From Candidatus Bathyarchaeota archaeon (GTDB taxonomy: Archaea > Thermoproteota > Bathyarchaeia > Bathyarchaeales > Bathycorpusculaceae), in contig OY969706.1 of assembly GCA_963702095.1 (NCBI GenBank), positions 2,432,001 through 2,496,000 of the forward strand: a DNA stretch of 64,000 nucleotides, given 5' to 3'. Below the pieces are notes generated by a model. That model was not told where the DNA came from, made no database searches, and saw only the letters and a program-made list of their open reading frames with translations. The first letter of the stretch is position 1. Every line of letters begins with the position of its first letter. This document shows positions 18,892 through 29,560 of this stretch, in pieces. The translations under genes were made by a program, and so were the position numbers.

Positions 18892-19421
18892 TTATTGGAA
18901 GCCTCCTCATCACCTTTACCCATCTCGATGAGGTCCCCCAAAGTTAAGCCTTCAGACGCCGCTTTCTTGGGGGCAGCTGTGACTTTTTCGTCTGCAATTG
19001 GAACCATCAACTTGATTTTTAGGGCGTGCTCCAGTTTGGTAGCAAGCTGATTGTTGGGCGAGGTTTTACCTGTTTCGATGTGGCGGAGCAGTGAGGCTTT
19101 CTCGTTGATTTTTTTGCCTAAATCCTCATGGGATAAACCAAGTTTCTCTCTGGCTGCACGGATTTTAACTGCATAGTCCTCAACGAGTTCAGTGGTTATT
19201 TGTACCTGTGGAGCCGCTGGTTTCCTCATGATAACAGGGATTTTCGCATATGACTTGGTTGGGCTGGGCGCTGTGGCTCCTTGCGCTGCTGCTCCTTGGG
19301 TATCGTCGTAGACAACTGTGCCGTGTTTGCTGCATTCGACACAAACCGTTAACCTTGCCCCTTCAATTATGGCTCGTACTGATTCAGAGTGTATTTTGCG
19401 TCCGCAAACTTCGCATCGCAT
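18876..19421 (-). CDS. mbf1: Archaeal multiprotein bridging factor 1
   Basis: N-terminal CEVCG/CVEC Zn ribbon, HTH, TLGD tail. Confidence 0.93.
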   Translation of the reverse strand: MRCEVCGRKIHSESVRAIIEGARLTVCVECSKHGTVVYDDTQGAAAQGATAPSPTKSYAKIPVIMRKPAAPQVQITTELVEDYAVKIRAAREKLGLSHEDLGKKINEKASLLRHIETGKTSPNNQLATKLEHALKIKLMVPIADEKVTAAPKKAASEGLTLGDLIEMGKGDEEASNKRKPS

Positions 19422-19506
19422 ATGAAATAGTCACCTTTCAATGACTTTATTATGTTGTACTGTTTATACCTGTCGAATTAATGACAATTTACGCTATGGT
19501 GTAAGA

Positions 19507-19971
19507 ATGGAGAACGCAAAAACTAAAGTGCGAAGCATCGCAGACTACCAATTCGGCAAAGGCGTCGGCTCCAAACTATTCCCCGACAACATAGAAATCC
19601 AGCACTCGCCCCGCACAGGCAGAATACGCTACATCAACCTGAGTGGCGAGCGGTTGGCGACTCTGCGCCCCACCGACGGGCGTCTCTCACTTAGCATCAA
19701 AGCAGCACAAACCATGGCAACCATCCCAGAAGCAAAATGTTTTGTCACCGTCAAAAACGATGTGGCACAGTACATCGCTAAGGGCGGAGACGTCTTCGCC
19801 GTCCACGTAGTTGCCGTCGACGAGGAAGTTGGCGCTAGAGATGAAGTCATCGCCATAGACGAAGACCACCACCTGTTAGCTGTAGGCAGAACCCTGCTGT
19901 CCAGCGACGAAATCCGGGCGTTCAAAACCGGCGTCGCCGTCAAGACCCGGCATGGCAGCAGGGAAAGTTAA
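19507..19971 (+). CDS. PUA-domain protein (archaeosine TGT C-terminal-like)
   Basis: IADYQFG, GDVFA, GVAVKTR. Confidence 0.88.
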   Translation: MENAKTKVRSIADYQFGKGVGSKLFPDNIEIQHSPRTGRIRYINLSGERLATLRPTDGRLSLSIKAAQTMATIPEAKCFVTVKNDVAQYIAKGGDVFAVHVVAVDEEVGARDEVIAIDEDHHLLAVGRTLLSSDEIRAFKTGVAVKTRHGSRES

Positions 19972-20015
19972 GTATATCAAGTTGTAGCGTAGAATATGGT
20001 TAAAGGTCGAGTAGT

Positions 20016-20381
20016 ATGCATAAACGTATGAATCCCAGAGAGCAGAAACGCATGATGCAGCGCATGGGCATGAACATGGACAGCGTGCCCGACGTACAGC
20101 AAGTTATCATTCGAACCGCAGAAAAAGACATAATCATCGACGAACCCGAAGTGGCGATTCTGCAGGTTCAGGGACAAAAAATGTACCAGGTAATCGGCGG
20201 ACAAGTCAGCGAACAAGCCCCTTCAGCCGGATTCGGCGCAGCGGGACCAGCGAAACCAACGTTCAGCGAGGAAGACGTGCAGCTAGTCGCGGACCAAACG
20301 GGCAAAAGTCTCGAAAAAGCCCGTGAAGCACTAAAAGAAGCCGACGGCGACTTGGCAAAAGCGATATTGCTTCTATCCTAA
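20016..20381 (+). CDS. nac: Nascent polypeptide-associated complex protein
   Basis: MMQRMG, YQVIG, C-terminal GDLAKAIL UBA-like domain. Confidence 0.93.
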   Translation: MHKRMNPREQKRMMQRMGMNMDSVPDVQQVIIRTAEKDIIIDEPEVAILQVQGQKMYQVIGGQVSEQAPSAGFGAAGPAKPTFSEEDVQLVADQTGKSLEKAREALKEADGDLAKAILLLS

Positions 20382-20412
20382 AACAACTTTCTTTTTTGGT
20401 TTTTCTCCTCTT

Positions 20413-21336
20413 CTATATACGTAAAAGCAGGTAGCCGATTAAGAAACTAAGCACTGGCGCAGCAATCCAACCGGCAATCACAATCAGGAACGGTTTTAGC
20501 GAGAGAAACTTGGTTTTGTAGGAGATGCCTGCTCCGAGGACCGCGGCGGCGGTTGCCTGCGTGTTACTCAATGGAATGTTTAGCACTGAGGCGATTTCCA
20601 CCAGAATCGTAGATGCAGCAAGTGCGACTGTCGCGTTGGAGTAACGCATGAGGTAGAATTCTTCGCCTAAGCGGCGTATAGCGCCTTGACCCAGAAACAG
20701 AGAGCCGACGAAAACAGCGCCCAAAGCCGCCAAAACCGTCGCCAAATTAAAGCCCGCTACCGCCACAATCAAACCCAAAGTGTTTGCGCCTAAAGCATAC
20801 GCTGCAGTAAACGCCAACACAATGAGCAGTGCCTTGTAGAAGCGGATTCGACGCCAAATGTCAGTGACTGGACGACTGTTTATGTATCGGATGAGGTAGT
20901 ACGCGAAGGCTACTGCGGCTACTGGAGCAATAAACCACATCGCCACCACTTCAGCCACATAAGGCAAATGAGAAGTTTGGCTTTGGGCAAGTGCGTAGCC
21001 CGCCAGCAGTCCCACAAGCGTCATACTAAGGGGAAGCGGCACCCGAGCGATGTCTGCGACAAAGAAAATTGCAATAGAGATGATCAGCACTAAGGCTTGA
21101 AGCTGCATTAACGGATTGGGTATGAAAGCGTTTATGGCGTTAATCATGCCCCAGCCCTGTATAAGCAACCCCGCCGAGAAGCCAGCGGCGCCCAGCAATG
21201 CACCAGTACGTTTGCCTAGGATTCTGGCGCCTACAGCTGGTCCAACGCAGGCGGAGAGGTTGTTGCCTGCAACCAACGCTACAGCCAAGAAAACCAAGAT
21301 TACAAGCAATACTTCAAAAAACAAGGCGGAAATCAC
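20413..21336 (-). CDS. Inorganic phosphate transporter (PiT family)
   Basis: AGNNLS and LGANTLG signature variants; paired with DUF47. Confidence 0.8.
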   Translation of the reverse strand: MISALFFEVLLVILVFLAVALVAGNNLSACVGPAVGARILGKRTGALLGAAGFSAGLLIQGWGMINAINAFIPNPLMQLQALVLIISIAIFFVADIARVPLPLSMTLVGLLAGYALAQSQTSHLPYVAEVVAMWFIAPVAAVAFAYYLIRYINSRPVTDIWRRIRFYKALLIVLAFTAAYALGANTLGLIVAVAGFNLATVLAALGAVFVGSLFLGQGAIRRLGEEFYLMRYSNATVALAASTILVEIASVLNIPLSNTQATAAAVLGAGISYKTKFLSLKPFLIVIAGWIAAPVLSFLIGYLLLRI

Positions 21337-22007
21337 TTGAGAATCGAATTTATTACGGAAAGAATCAGGTCGGAGAGGTCTTCGCAGCCATCCAAGATGT
21401 CGTCGAATTTATGGAGCATTTCGCTGTAGTGGTAGAATTGGAGGTAATGTATGTCGGGGGCTTCATGGTATAGGCGGTCGAAGCCGCGGTCTTTGATTTC
21501 ATCCCCCTGATGCTCCAACGCCTCAATTTCCTTTCTTAACTGCATAATTCCGTTTAAATCGGAATTTGCCAGAATAGCTTTAACTTTTACCAGCGCTTTA
21601 TCCGCCAAATCCAGCATGCTTTTGAAGATGGCTGTCCACGCTTCAGCTTCGGGAGACTCTGAGTAGGGGAATTTGGCGTGGTACATTCGGCTTAATTCGC
21701 GAATCTGGTAGTAGTAGGTGTCTACGATGTCGTCGGCTACTTGGACGGATTCAAGAAGGCTCTCCAGTATGCTTGGGCTGATGGCGCCGCTGGTTATGTC
21801 TTCGCTGGCTTGGAAAGCTACAGAGTCAGATTTATTTTCTAACAACTTAATTTCCGCCAACCCTGCGTCTAGGCATTCTTGGTCTTTGCAGTTGTCAAGC
21901 ATGCTTAGAAGTTTAATGTTTGCTTCTGCTGCAATATCTATCATCTGGGATAACTCGGCAAAAATGTTTCTTTCCCCTAAAACCAGCACGCGCTTTAGAC
22001 TTTTCAC
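21333..22007 (-). CDS. DUF47 PhoU-like phosphate transport regulator
   Basis: LENKSD and LEHQGD repeats; DDILDGCED. Confidence 0.85.
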   Translation of the reverse strand: MKSLKRVLVLGERNIFAELSQMIDIAAEANIKLLSMLDNCKDQECLDAGLAEIKLLENKSDSVAFQASEDITSGAISPSILESLLESVQVADDIVDTYYYQIRELSRMYHAKFPYSESPEAEAWTAIFKSMLDLADKALVKVKAILANSDLNGIMQLRKEIEALEHQGDEIKDRGFDRLYHEAPDIHYLQFYHYSEMLHKFDDILDGCEDLSDLILSVINSILK

Positions 22008-22139
22008 TATGCCACATCTCCCTAGAAGCCCTTGCCTGAGAGTTCTTATAAAATTATTGGGTGTATCGGAAATGAGGTTTTGGCTTTTTGGTGGGAGCGT
22101 CTTAAATAAGAAGTTTTCACTGTTGAAAAACCGATTTCC

Positions 22140-22631
22140 ATGCGTATGAAGATAAGCCATCTCTTTTGGGCTCTTGTGGTTTCGCTACTTCTGGCGCTGA
22201 GTTGTTTTGCAGCGGCGCAAACAGAGCAGCCTGAGGTAACGTTGAGCCTGTACAGGAACAGCGGTTTTGACATGGGCAACGACATAAACGGCCAATGGAC
22301 GGTTAACGCGGCTGTTTCCCAAAACGTCACCCATGTGGAGTTCTATTTAGACGGTGAGTTGCAACACAATGATACTGTTGCCCCTTTCAGTTGGGCGTTT
22401 GACTCCTCAAGTTACCCTGAAGGCAATCATGTTATCCGAGCCGTTGCATGGGACGTTTACGGCGGATCTGCTGCGGCGTCGGTTGAACGCAACTTTGTGG
22501 GGTTCCCCATTCTTATTGTGGTGGGTGTGGTGGCGGTTGCGGTTGTGGGGTTTGTGGTTTCGCTTGTTGTTAGTTGGTTTTGGATTAAGAAGAAAGCGGT
22601 TCAGAGACAGCGGCTGAAGAAGGCAGCATAA
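22140..22631 (+). CDS. Secreted Ig-like domain protein with TM anchor
   Basis: VEFYLDG...APFSW...GNHVIRAVAWD pattern. Confidence 0.75.
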   Translation: MRMKISHLFWALVVSLLLALSCFAAAQTEQPEVTLSLYRNSGFDMGNDINGQWTVNAAVSQNVTHVEFYLDGELQHNDTVAPFSWAFDSSSYPEGNHVIRAVAWDVYGGSAAASVERNFVGFPILIVVGVVAVAVVGFVVSLVVSWFWIKKKAVQRQRLKKAA

Positions 22632-22712
22632 AAACAAAATTAGCCCAAGCAAGCGCTCACAAATCTTTTATACACCCTCAACAGAGCTTCTGTTAAGGAG
22701 TAAAGGGAAAAA

Positions 22713-23211
22713 ATGGCAAATCAAGTTCAAAACCCACCAACAGCGGCATATTGGGTATCGATGATCGGCGGAATTCTTGGATTACTCGGCGGCTTAGCGC
22801 TAATCGTTTTAGGCGCATTAATCGGGATAATCTCCTTAGGGTTCGGTCTTAGTATTCATAGGCGGCTTAGGTTTTTGGATAATGGTATGCTCCATTATCG
22901 TGATGGTGGCAGCTTCGAAACTAAAAGCAAACCCCCTTGAGCACACGAAGTGGGGTGCAATCATTCTTGTGTTCTCCATAATCGGCGGCTGGTCAATCTT
23001 GGACTTCATCGGCGGCATCCTCGCATTAATCTACAACCCCATACCCGCAAATGCAGCGCCAACGCAATACGCACCGCCACAGCAACCCTACTATGGACCA
23101 CCAGCCCAACAAGTAGCTTACCAGCCACAGGCACATGCATGTCCCCAATGCGGAAATATGGTGCAGTCAGGCGTACGTTTCTGCCCCAACTGCGGTAGAC
23201 AACAAAACTAA
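22713..23211 (+). CDS. Membrane protein with C-terminal zinc ribbon, frameshifted near 22851
   Basis: Removing one base joins two ORFs; CPQCG...CPNCG tail. Confidence 0.7.
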
Positions 23212-23272
23212 ACCAAAAAGTACCCTGCTTTTTGGGAAACCAAATTTTTTCTTTCAATAAAAAGAGAGAAGA

Positions 23273-24508
23273 CTATATTTTTTTGGTGGCAGTCGCTGTC
23301 TCCAACGCGGCAACACCGGGCAGTTTTTTACCCATCAAAAACTCGATTAAGGCGCCCCCGGCGGTGCTGATGTAGCCGATTTTTTGGGTTAAACCGTATT
23401 CTGCTATGGCTGCGATGGTGTTGCCGCCTCCTGCGAGGCTGAAGGCTTTGCTGTCTGCGATGGCTTCTAAAACAGCTTTGGTGCCGTAGTTGAATTCTTT
23501 GTTCTCGTAGACGCCCATGGGTCCGCTGACAACTATGGATTTGGCATCTGCGATGATTTTTGTGTAGTTCTCTACGGTTTGGTGGCCGATGTCAAAGATT
23601 TGGTAGTCAGTGGGTAAAGTGCTGATTGTGACTTCTTTGCGGCTGCCCCCAAAATCCAGGGCGACATCCACTGGAACCACGACTTTGCTGCCATATTGCT
23701 CCATCAACGCCTTGATGCCGGGTACAAACTGCAACAACTCCTTTTTAGCCAAAAACTCCACAACTTGCTTTCCTAAGCTGACGCCTTTAGCCGTTAAAAA
23801 CAGCTGCGACGTAACGCCGCCCACTAACACGTAGTCGGCTACGCTGTTGCCCAGCACGTACTTGCTGATTTCGAGGCTGTCGTCGGCTTTGGCGCCGCCC
23901 ATCACGTACACACAAGGATGTTCAGGCGTCTCTACTATACGGCTAAGCGATGTTAGTTCCCGCTGCATTATACGTCCGGCAGCTGAGGGCAAAACAGCCG
24001 TAAACCCAACCATGGAAACATGCCCCCGGTGAGCAGCGGAGAATGCGTCGTTGACAAAGAGGTCTGCTAGCGGCGCGAGGTTCTGCACCAACGCAGTCTT
24101 TGATTGCTGCTCTGGTGCCCCGTTTTTGGTTTCTCCATCCCAACTGCGCACGTTCTCAAGCACCAAGATTTCGCCGCTCTGCAGGTTCTTGATGGCTGCT
24201 TTGGCTTTGTCGCCGAATACGTCGTCGACATATTTGACGGGGGTTTGGGGTAAAAGCTTCTGGAGAATAGCGGCGTGATCCTTTAGGGGGGTGTAGTCTG
24301 GGTCGCCTTTTCTGCCTTGATGGGCAAGTACAACGGTTTTGGCGCCCTTTTCCGCCAGCTCTTTGAGCGTTGTTTCTGCGTGGGCTTTTATGCGCACGTC
24401 GCTTGAAACTTTTTTTGTGTCGGGGTCAATTTCTGAGTTGAAATCTACGCGGACAAGCACTACCTTGTTTTTTACGTCAAAATCGTCAAGAGTTTTATAC
24501 TTTGCCAA
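23273..24508 (-). CDS. pgk: Phosphoglycerate kinase
   Basis: RVDFN, NDAFSAAHR, GGAK, STAGGA. Confidence 0.97.
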   Translation of the reverse strand: MAKYKTLDDFDVKNKVVLVRVDFNSEIDPDTKKVSSDVRIKAHAETTLKELAEKGAKTVVLAHQGRKGDPDYTPLKDHAAILQKLLPQTPVKYVDDVFGDKAKAAIKNLQSGEILVLENVRSWDGETKNGAPEQQSKTALVQNLAPLADLFVNDAFSAAHRGHVSMVGFTAVLPSAAGRIMQRELTSLSRIVETPEHPCVYVMGGAKADDSLEISKYVLGNSVADYVLVGGVTSQLFLTAKGVSLGKQVVEFLAKKELLQFVPGIKALMEQYGSKVVVPVDVALDFGGSRKEVTISTLPTDYQIFDIGHQTVENYTKIIADAKSIVVSGPMGVYENKEFNYGTKAVLEAIADSKAFSLAGGGNTIAAIAEYGLTQKIGYISTAGGALIEFLMGKKLPGVAALETATATKKI

Positions 24509-24584
24509 GTTAATCGCCTAACCACTTTTGCCTTATTGAACAGAAAAGAAAAAGGAAAGATAATTAAAGCTTACCAGTCAGCGC

Positions 24585-25604
24585 TTATAAGCCTACTTTT
24601 TTGCCGACCATCTCTATGAAGTCAACCATGCGGTTGCTGAAACCCCACTCGTTGTCATACCAAGAGAAGACCTTGACGAAATTGCCCTTGTCGCCCAGCA
24701 CCATGGTTAAGCTGGCGTCGAATACACTGCTGTAAGTGGTGTGCAACACGTCGGTGGAGACGATGGGGTCCTCGGTATACTGGAGAATGCCTTTGAGTGG
24801 CCCTTCCGCGGCTTGTTTCATAGCAGCGTTGATTTCTGCTTTGGTGACGTCTTTGCCTAGCACAGCGGTTAAGTCGACGATGGAGACATCTGGTGTGGGT
24901 ACACGGAGCGAGATGCCGTTCATTTTGCCGCTGCATGCGGGGAGGACTTCGCCGATGGCTTTGGCGGCTCCAGTGCTTGTTGGGATGATGTTGATTGCTG
25001 CTGCACGTGCGCGTCTTGGGTCTTTGTGGACTAGGTCGAGGACTTTTTGGTCGTTGGTGTAGCTGTGGCAGGTGGTCATGAACGCTTTTTCTAATCCGAA
25101 GTTATCGGCGAGGACTTTGCTGATGGGAGCTAAGGCGTTGGTGGTGCAACTGGCGTTTGAGAGGATGTTGTCTTTTTCTGGGTCGTAGGTGTCGTCGTTG
25201 ACTCCTAACACGATTGTTTTGTCGGGGTTGGTTGCGGGTGCGGATATGAGGACTTTTTTGGCTCCGGCTTGGAGGTGTTTCTGTGCGCCTTCGCGGTGAG
25301 TGAATAAGCCGGTGCTTTCAACTGCCAGGTAAACGCCAAGTTGATTCCAAGGCAGATTCGCGGGGTCTCTTTCTTGGACACATTTGAGCATTTTGCCGTT
25401 GACGATTAGGTCATTACCTTCAACGTCAACTGTCCCGGGGAAGCGACCATGAACGGAGTCATACTTTAACAGGATCGCGTTCGTCTTCGCGTCTGCTAAG
25501 TCGTTAACTGCTACAAAATCGATGTTCGCGTTTTTCTCGATTGCGGCTCGATAAATGAGCCTGCCGATTCTTCCAAAACCGTTAATTCCTACTTTAATCG
25601 CCAC
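24585..25604 (-). CDS. gap: Glyceraldehyde-3-phosphate dehydrogenase, class I
   Basis: [26 protein letters not shown]. Confidence 0.97.
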   Translation of the reverse strand: MAIKVGINGFGRIGRLIYRAAIEKNANIDFVAVNDLADAKTNAILLKYDSVHGRFPGTVDVEGNDLIVNGKMLKCVQERDPANLPWNQLGVYLAVESTGLFTHREGAQKHLQAGAKKVLISAPATNPDKTIVLGVNDDTYDPEKDNILSNASCTTNALAPISKVLADNFGLEKAFMTTCHSYTNDQKVLDLVHKDPRRARAAAINIIPTSTGAAKAIGEVLPACSGKMNGISLRVPTPDVSIVDLTAVLGKDVTKAEINAAMKQAAEGPLKGILQYTEDPIVSTDVLHTTYSSVFDASLTMVLGDKGNFVKVFSWYDNEWGFSNRMVDFIEMVGKKVGL

Positions 25605-25745
25605 TAAAGTTCACCATTCTACAAAGTTATTTCTGTAAAAGTTCAAAGTCTTCTATGTTTATTAGTTTTTCCGAAACAGCCAAACCATGGATATGGACAA
25701 GCCACCGGTAGCTTGATAGGACTATTGTAGCTACTCAAAAAAAGA

Positions 25746-27092
25746 TCACCCTGCGAAAGTTATAGACCCTGATTTTGGGCTACGCTTTTTATAATAAATT
25801 AAGACGCCAGTTATTACCACACTTACACTAACTATTACGACGGCGATAATGGCAACAATAAAGGAATTATCTGAATTATTGGATGGACCAGTTGTGGATT
25901 CTTGGGTGGGTACATTCAACTTAGCAAGCCAAACATCACCGTTTAATGAACCAAGAACAACAGCTGCGCCGTCACTTGTTTTAATAATGGATGAAGCTTC
26001 GGCTAAATCAACCGAACTATCGAAAGTTTGGTTCCACACAAGATTGCCGTCTGCATCCATTTCAACAATTAACGCTTTGAAGTTGCCCGTGTCTGGGTAA
26101 CCCCCGACAGCAACGTATCCGCCATCAACGGTTTGGATGATGGAGCTAAATGACGCACGGGTTGTAACTCCATCTGGATACGACCGATTCCACTGCCAAT
26201 CGCCGTTCGAAGCCAACTTTACAAGGAATGGAAAACCAACCGTTCCGTCAAGAATGCAGCCGCCATCATCGGTTGGAGCGACAAATATTGTGCCGATTGC
26301 AGCGGGATTTGGGTCTATGCCAGCGTTTGGGTCGTAGCTGTAGCTTTTGCTAAACAAGAGATTACCGTCTGAATCAACTTTTAGCAGCCAGAGATTGGGG
26401 TCACCTTTCCCTATAGCACTGCTAAAGGTTGAGCTCCAGCCTGCTATGTAGTAGCTTCCGCCGCTTGCAGGGGCTATATTGGAGATTTTGATGTCGTCCA
26501 AGAAGGGATTTTGAAAAGAGTATAAGGTCTTATTCCAGAGCAGGTTGCCGTCGGCATCGGTTTTGGCCATTATTGCGGTTTTGCCGCTGGTAGCAACAAA
26601 AATGTAGTCGCCATCGCGGGTCTGCTCAGCCCCAGACAGTACCATGCCTAATGTCTTGTTCCAAACAAGGTTTCCTTCAGAATCCAACTTTATCAGGAAA
26701 AAACGGCTGGGAATCAAAAGGTAACCTGAATCGTTTGTTTGGAAAATCGCCATATCAGAAAAACCTGAGTTATTCTGCCATTGCACATTTCCCGCTGCGT
26801 CGGTTTTTATGAAAAGCGATGAATAGTTATGGTACCATGCTCCGTGGGGACCAACGTAGAGGTAGTCGTCTGTTCTGCCAACGATGGCGTAGCCGCCGTC
26901 TGAGGTTTGGACAAAACAGGAGCCGCTGTCGTAGTGGGTTGTGTTTCTGTCAAACATAGTGGTGGGCGGTCGAGGGTAGGTTTTGCTCCACTGTAGGGTA
27001 GGAGTTGCAGGTTCAGCCTCTGTCATGTTGATGAGTACTGGCAGAAGTAACAGGGGCAGCAGTATTGCGGTTATTATGTGCTTTCTCTGCAT
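25746..27092 (-). CDS. Secreted beta-propeller repeat protein with TM anchor
   Basis: Repeated QTxDGGY...KxDxxGNxxW units. Confidence 0.8.
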   Translation of the reverse strand: MQRKHIITAILLPLLLLPVLINMTEAEPATPTLQWSKTYPRPPTTMFDRNTTHYDSGSCFVQTSDGGYAIVGRTDDYLYVGPHGAWYHNYSSLFIKTDAAGNVQWQNNSGFSDMAIFQTNDSGYLLIPSRFFLIKLDSEGNLVWNKTLGMVLSGAEQTRDGDYIFVATSGKTAIMAKTDADGNLLWNKTLYSFQNPFLDDIKISNIAPASGGSYYIAGWSSTFSSAIGKGDPNLWLLKVDSDGNLLFSKSYSYDPNAGIDPNPAAIGTIFVAPTDDGGCILDGTVGFPFLVKLASNGDWQWNRSYPDGVTTRASFSSIIQTVDGGYVAVGGYPDTGNFKALIVEMDADGNLVWNQTFDSSVDLAEASSIIKTSDGAAVVLGSLNGDVWLAKLNVPTQESTTGPSNNSDNSFIVAIIAVVIVSVSVVITGVLIYYKKRSPKSGSITFAG

Positions 27093-27559
27093 TACTTAGA
27101 ACGGTAAGCTGTAGCCTATTATTGTTTACTCAATCTCTAATCTGTCAGCCTCTACGGGTAAGTTTGCTGATTGGTTGGCACCATGTTGATTATACCGAGA
27201 GGGCGCACAAATTTATGCTTCTCCAACATGCTTCCACACCCACAAGAAACCGAACCCAACATGAAGCCATGTATCTCGTGTGAAGAAAATCGGCTTATCC
27301 CACATCGAAACAGATGCTGAGAAATGCTGCAGCCGCAAAAAGCAACCGCCTTCACTTGCCGTCTTGTGGCACCCCACAAACCGCCACACCCACATAAAGA
27401 GAAAAAGACAAGCCACCGCCACTTCAGCCCTAAAAACTAAGGAATAGTAAGAATCGCAACTGCCTTAATGCTTGCAAAATAAGCCATCCAAGACAATAGC
27501 AGCTATAGAAACAATTTTATTAAGTGTCCCTCTATTTAGGAGCTTGAGAGGGAGTATAG

Positions 27560-28024
27560 GTGAGCGCTGACAAAGAAAAACTCAACCAGTTAGCAGCCAA
27601 AGTTGAAGAAATAACCATCAACCTAAACAGGGTTCAAGAAGAGCTACGTTCTGTTTCCGCTTCACTTAAAATTCTCGCGGTTAGCCAAGTGACACCGCCT
27701 AAACCAGCCGCCGCTTCACCTCCGCCATCGACTCCCAAGGCACCCGCTCCTACCCCTGCATCACCCAAACCGGCGCCTACACAAGGAGTCACAGCCTTCG
27801 AATCTCCAAACCAACGCACATTAGAAGACATCCGCATGTCGTTCCCAGAAGACCTCGAGTCCCGCCTGAGCTTTGAGGAAAAAGGCGAGTACATAATAGT
27901 CAAACCCACCGCGTTTTTAGGCACCAACTTCGCCAAGGTCGCTTCAGCCGTTCGCGGCATGGGCGGCGAATACATAAGCGCAGGCAAAGACAGCCACTTC
28001 CGCGTACCCAAAAAGAAAGCATAA
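27560..28024 (+). CDS. Hypothetical protein (coiled coil, Pro-rich linker, globular C-terminal domain)
   Basis: SD and GTG start; GGEYISAGKDSHFRVP tail. Confidence 0.7.
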   Translation: MSADKEKLNQLAAKVEEITINLNRVQEELRSVSASLKILAVSQVTPPKPAAASPPPSTPKAPAPTPASPKPAPTQGVTAFESPNQRTLEDIRMSFPEDLESRLSFEEKGEYIIVKPTAFLGTNFAKVASAVRGMGGEYISAGKDSHFRVPKKKA

Positions 28025-28031
28025 CGCCGTC

Positions 28032-28568
28032 TCATTTCAGGTGTTTGCCAATCGCATAGGCTTGACGGAGCGTTTCCGGCTGCGTTTTCACTTCAACCTT
28101 CTCAGAAGCCTTAGGCAACAGCACACTCACCAACTCCATTTCCAAATACTTGAATGACAAACTAAACATGCCCACGGCGTGGTTGCAGGCGTCCGCGCCC
28201 TCCTCGGATGGAACCACCAGCACCGCCTGTTTGCCGTGCAGTTTCTTAGAGGCGACGAAGGGTCGCAGGCGGTCGATGAGAAGCTTCGTTTTGGCTGAGG
28301 GACCATACCAGTAAAGAGGCGTCCCAAAAACGATGACATCAGCCTCTTGCAGGTTGGGGTAGAGGGTTTGCATGTCGTCTTTTAGGGCACATTGGAAGCT
28401 GCCTTTTCTGCATGCTCTGCAATCCACACAGGGGTCAATCTTGAAGCTGTACAGGTAGATTTTTTCGGTTGCATACCCGTTTTCAGCGGCGCCCCTGAGA
28501 ATTTCAGTGACAAGTAAGTCGGTGTTGCCGCCTTTTCTGGGGCTCCCGACCAAACCGAGGACTTTCAT
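28032..28568 (-). CDS. Iron-sulfur flavoprotein / flavodoxin family
   Basis: GSPRKGGNT, CxxCxxC...C, GTPLYW. Confidence 0.9.
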   Translation of the reverse strand: MKVLGLVGSPRKGGNTDLLVTEILRGAAENGYATEKIYLYSFKIDPCVDCRACRKGSFQCALKDDMQTLYPNLQEADVIVFGTPLYWYGPSAKTKLLIDRLRPFVASKKLHGKQAVLVVPSEEGADACNHAVGMFSLSFKYLEMELVSVLLPKASEKVEVKTQPETLRQAYAIGKHLK

Positions 28569-28614
28569 GTAGCCATCTTATTGGATGATTAAGATTTTAA
28601 TTTAACTGGATATG

Positions 28615-28893
28615 CTAGTAAATAATGCTAAAGTTTTGGAATTCTCCCCTGAAAGGCTCCCAATCGACCAAAACCTTCGCCACCAAAGCACCTTTCGGCC
28701 CATGATGGCAGTACTCCACCAGCGTCTTAACCGCGGCTTCCTCGCCTTCAAAAACCGCTTCGACCCCGTCGTCTTCGACGTTGCGCATCCAGCCGGTTAA
28801 GCCTTGGTTTTGGGCTTGGTTTTTAGTGGTTTGCCTAAAATAGACTCCTTGGACTCTTCCGCTTATGTGGACGTGCGCTCTGGCTTTTGGCAT
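28615..28893 (-). CDS. acyP: Acylphosphatase
   Basis: GRVQGVYFR, GWMRN. Confidence 0.92.
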   Translation of the reverse strand: MPKARAHVHISGRVQGVYFRQTTKNQAQNQGLTGWMRNVEDDGVEAVFEGEEAAVKTLVEYCHHGPKGALVAKVLVDWEPFRGEFQNFSIIY

Positions 28894-28919
28894 GCAGTAG
28901 TTTTTGTCATACCCGCTTT

Positions 28920-29393
28920 TTAGTGTTCCCACACATCAATGTTTTCGCCGACAGCGTAGAGAAACGTTTCCGCCGAGGAAAGCCCCAGCCACTTGAACTT
29001 GGCAATCAAGTCTTTGACGACCTTGCCGTAGTTGTTGGATTTGTCGAGGCTGCCCAGGTACTTTGGGAAGGAACCGTAGGCTTTTTCGATGGCTTGGAAG
29101 TTTCGGGCGTTTTGGATTACGGCTTGGATTTTGCCTCTGTGTCGGATGATTTGGGGGTTCTTTAGCATCGCCTCTACGTCGGCGTCGGTTAGGCGGACCA
29201 CCTTTTTTATGTCGAACCCGCAGAAGGCTTCGCGTATTGCCTGCCATTTTTTGTCGACTACCCGCCAGTTTAAGCCTGCCTGAAAGATAACGCGGCTCAT
29301 GTTCTCGAAGTAGGCGTCGTCGTTTGGAGGTTGTTTCTCCCGGTACCACCAAGGCGGCATCTGCCACTCTTCGTGGGCTACAGAAGTTGCCAT
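28920..29393 (-). CDS. DNA-3-methyladenine glycosylase I family protein
   Basis: FQAGLNW, IIRHRGKI...NAR, FKWLG. Confidence 0.85.
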   Translation of the reverse strand: MATSVAHEEWQMPPWWYREKQPPNDDAYFENMSRVIFQAGLNWRVVDKKWQAIREAFCGFDIKKVVRLTDADVEAMLKNPQIIRHRGKIQAVIQNARNFQAIEKAYGSFPKYLGSLDKSNNYGKVVKDLIAKFKWLGLSSAETFLYAVGENIDVWEH

Positions 29394-29560
29394 GTTATGT
29401 CACAGTGAATAGGGGCTTTACGGGTTGATTTAAGCACTTGTGGTAGCACCGACACAGCAACGTGCTTCACTTTCAGCCACCCCTCCCTACTTCGGCAGTG
29501 TCGCATGCGGCGTCCCCTTAAAAGGCAACTCAGCCAATTGGTTGGCGGAGAAAAGCGGGT

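Noticed and set aside
27100-27480. Intergenic stretch with CCACACCCACA twice and several short ORFs
   Set aside because: No recognisable protein, RNA fold or regular array
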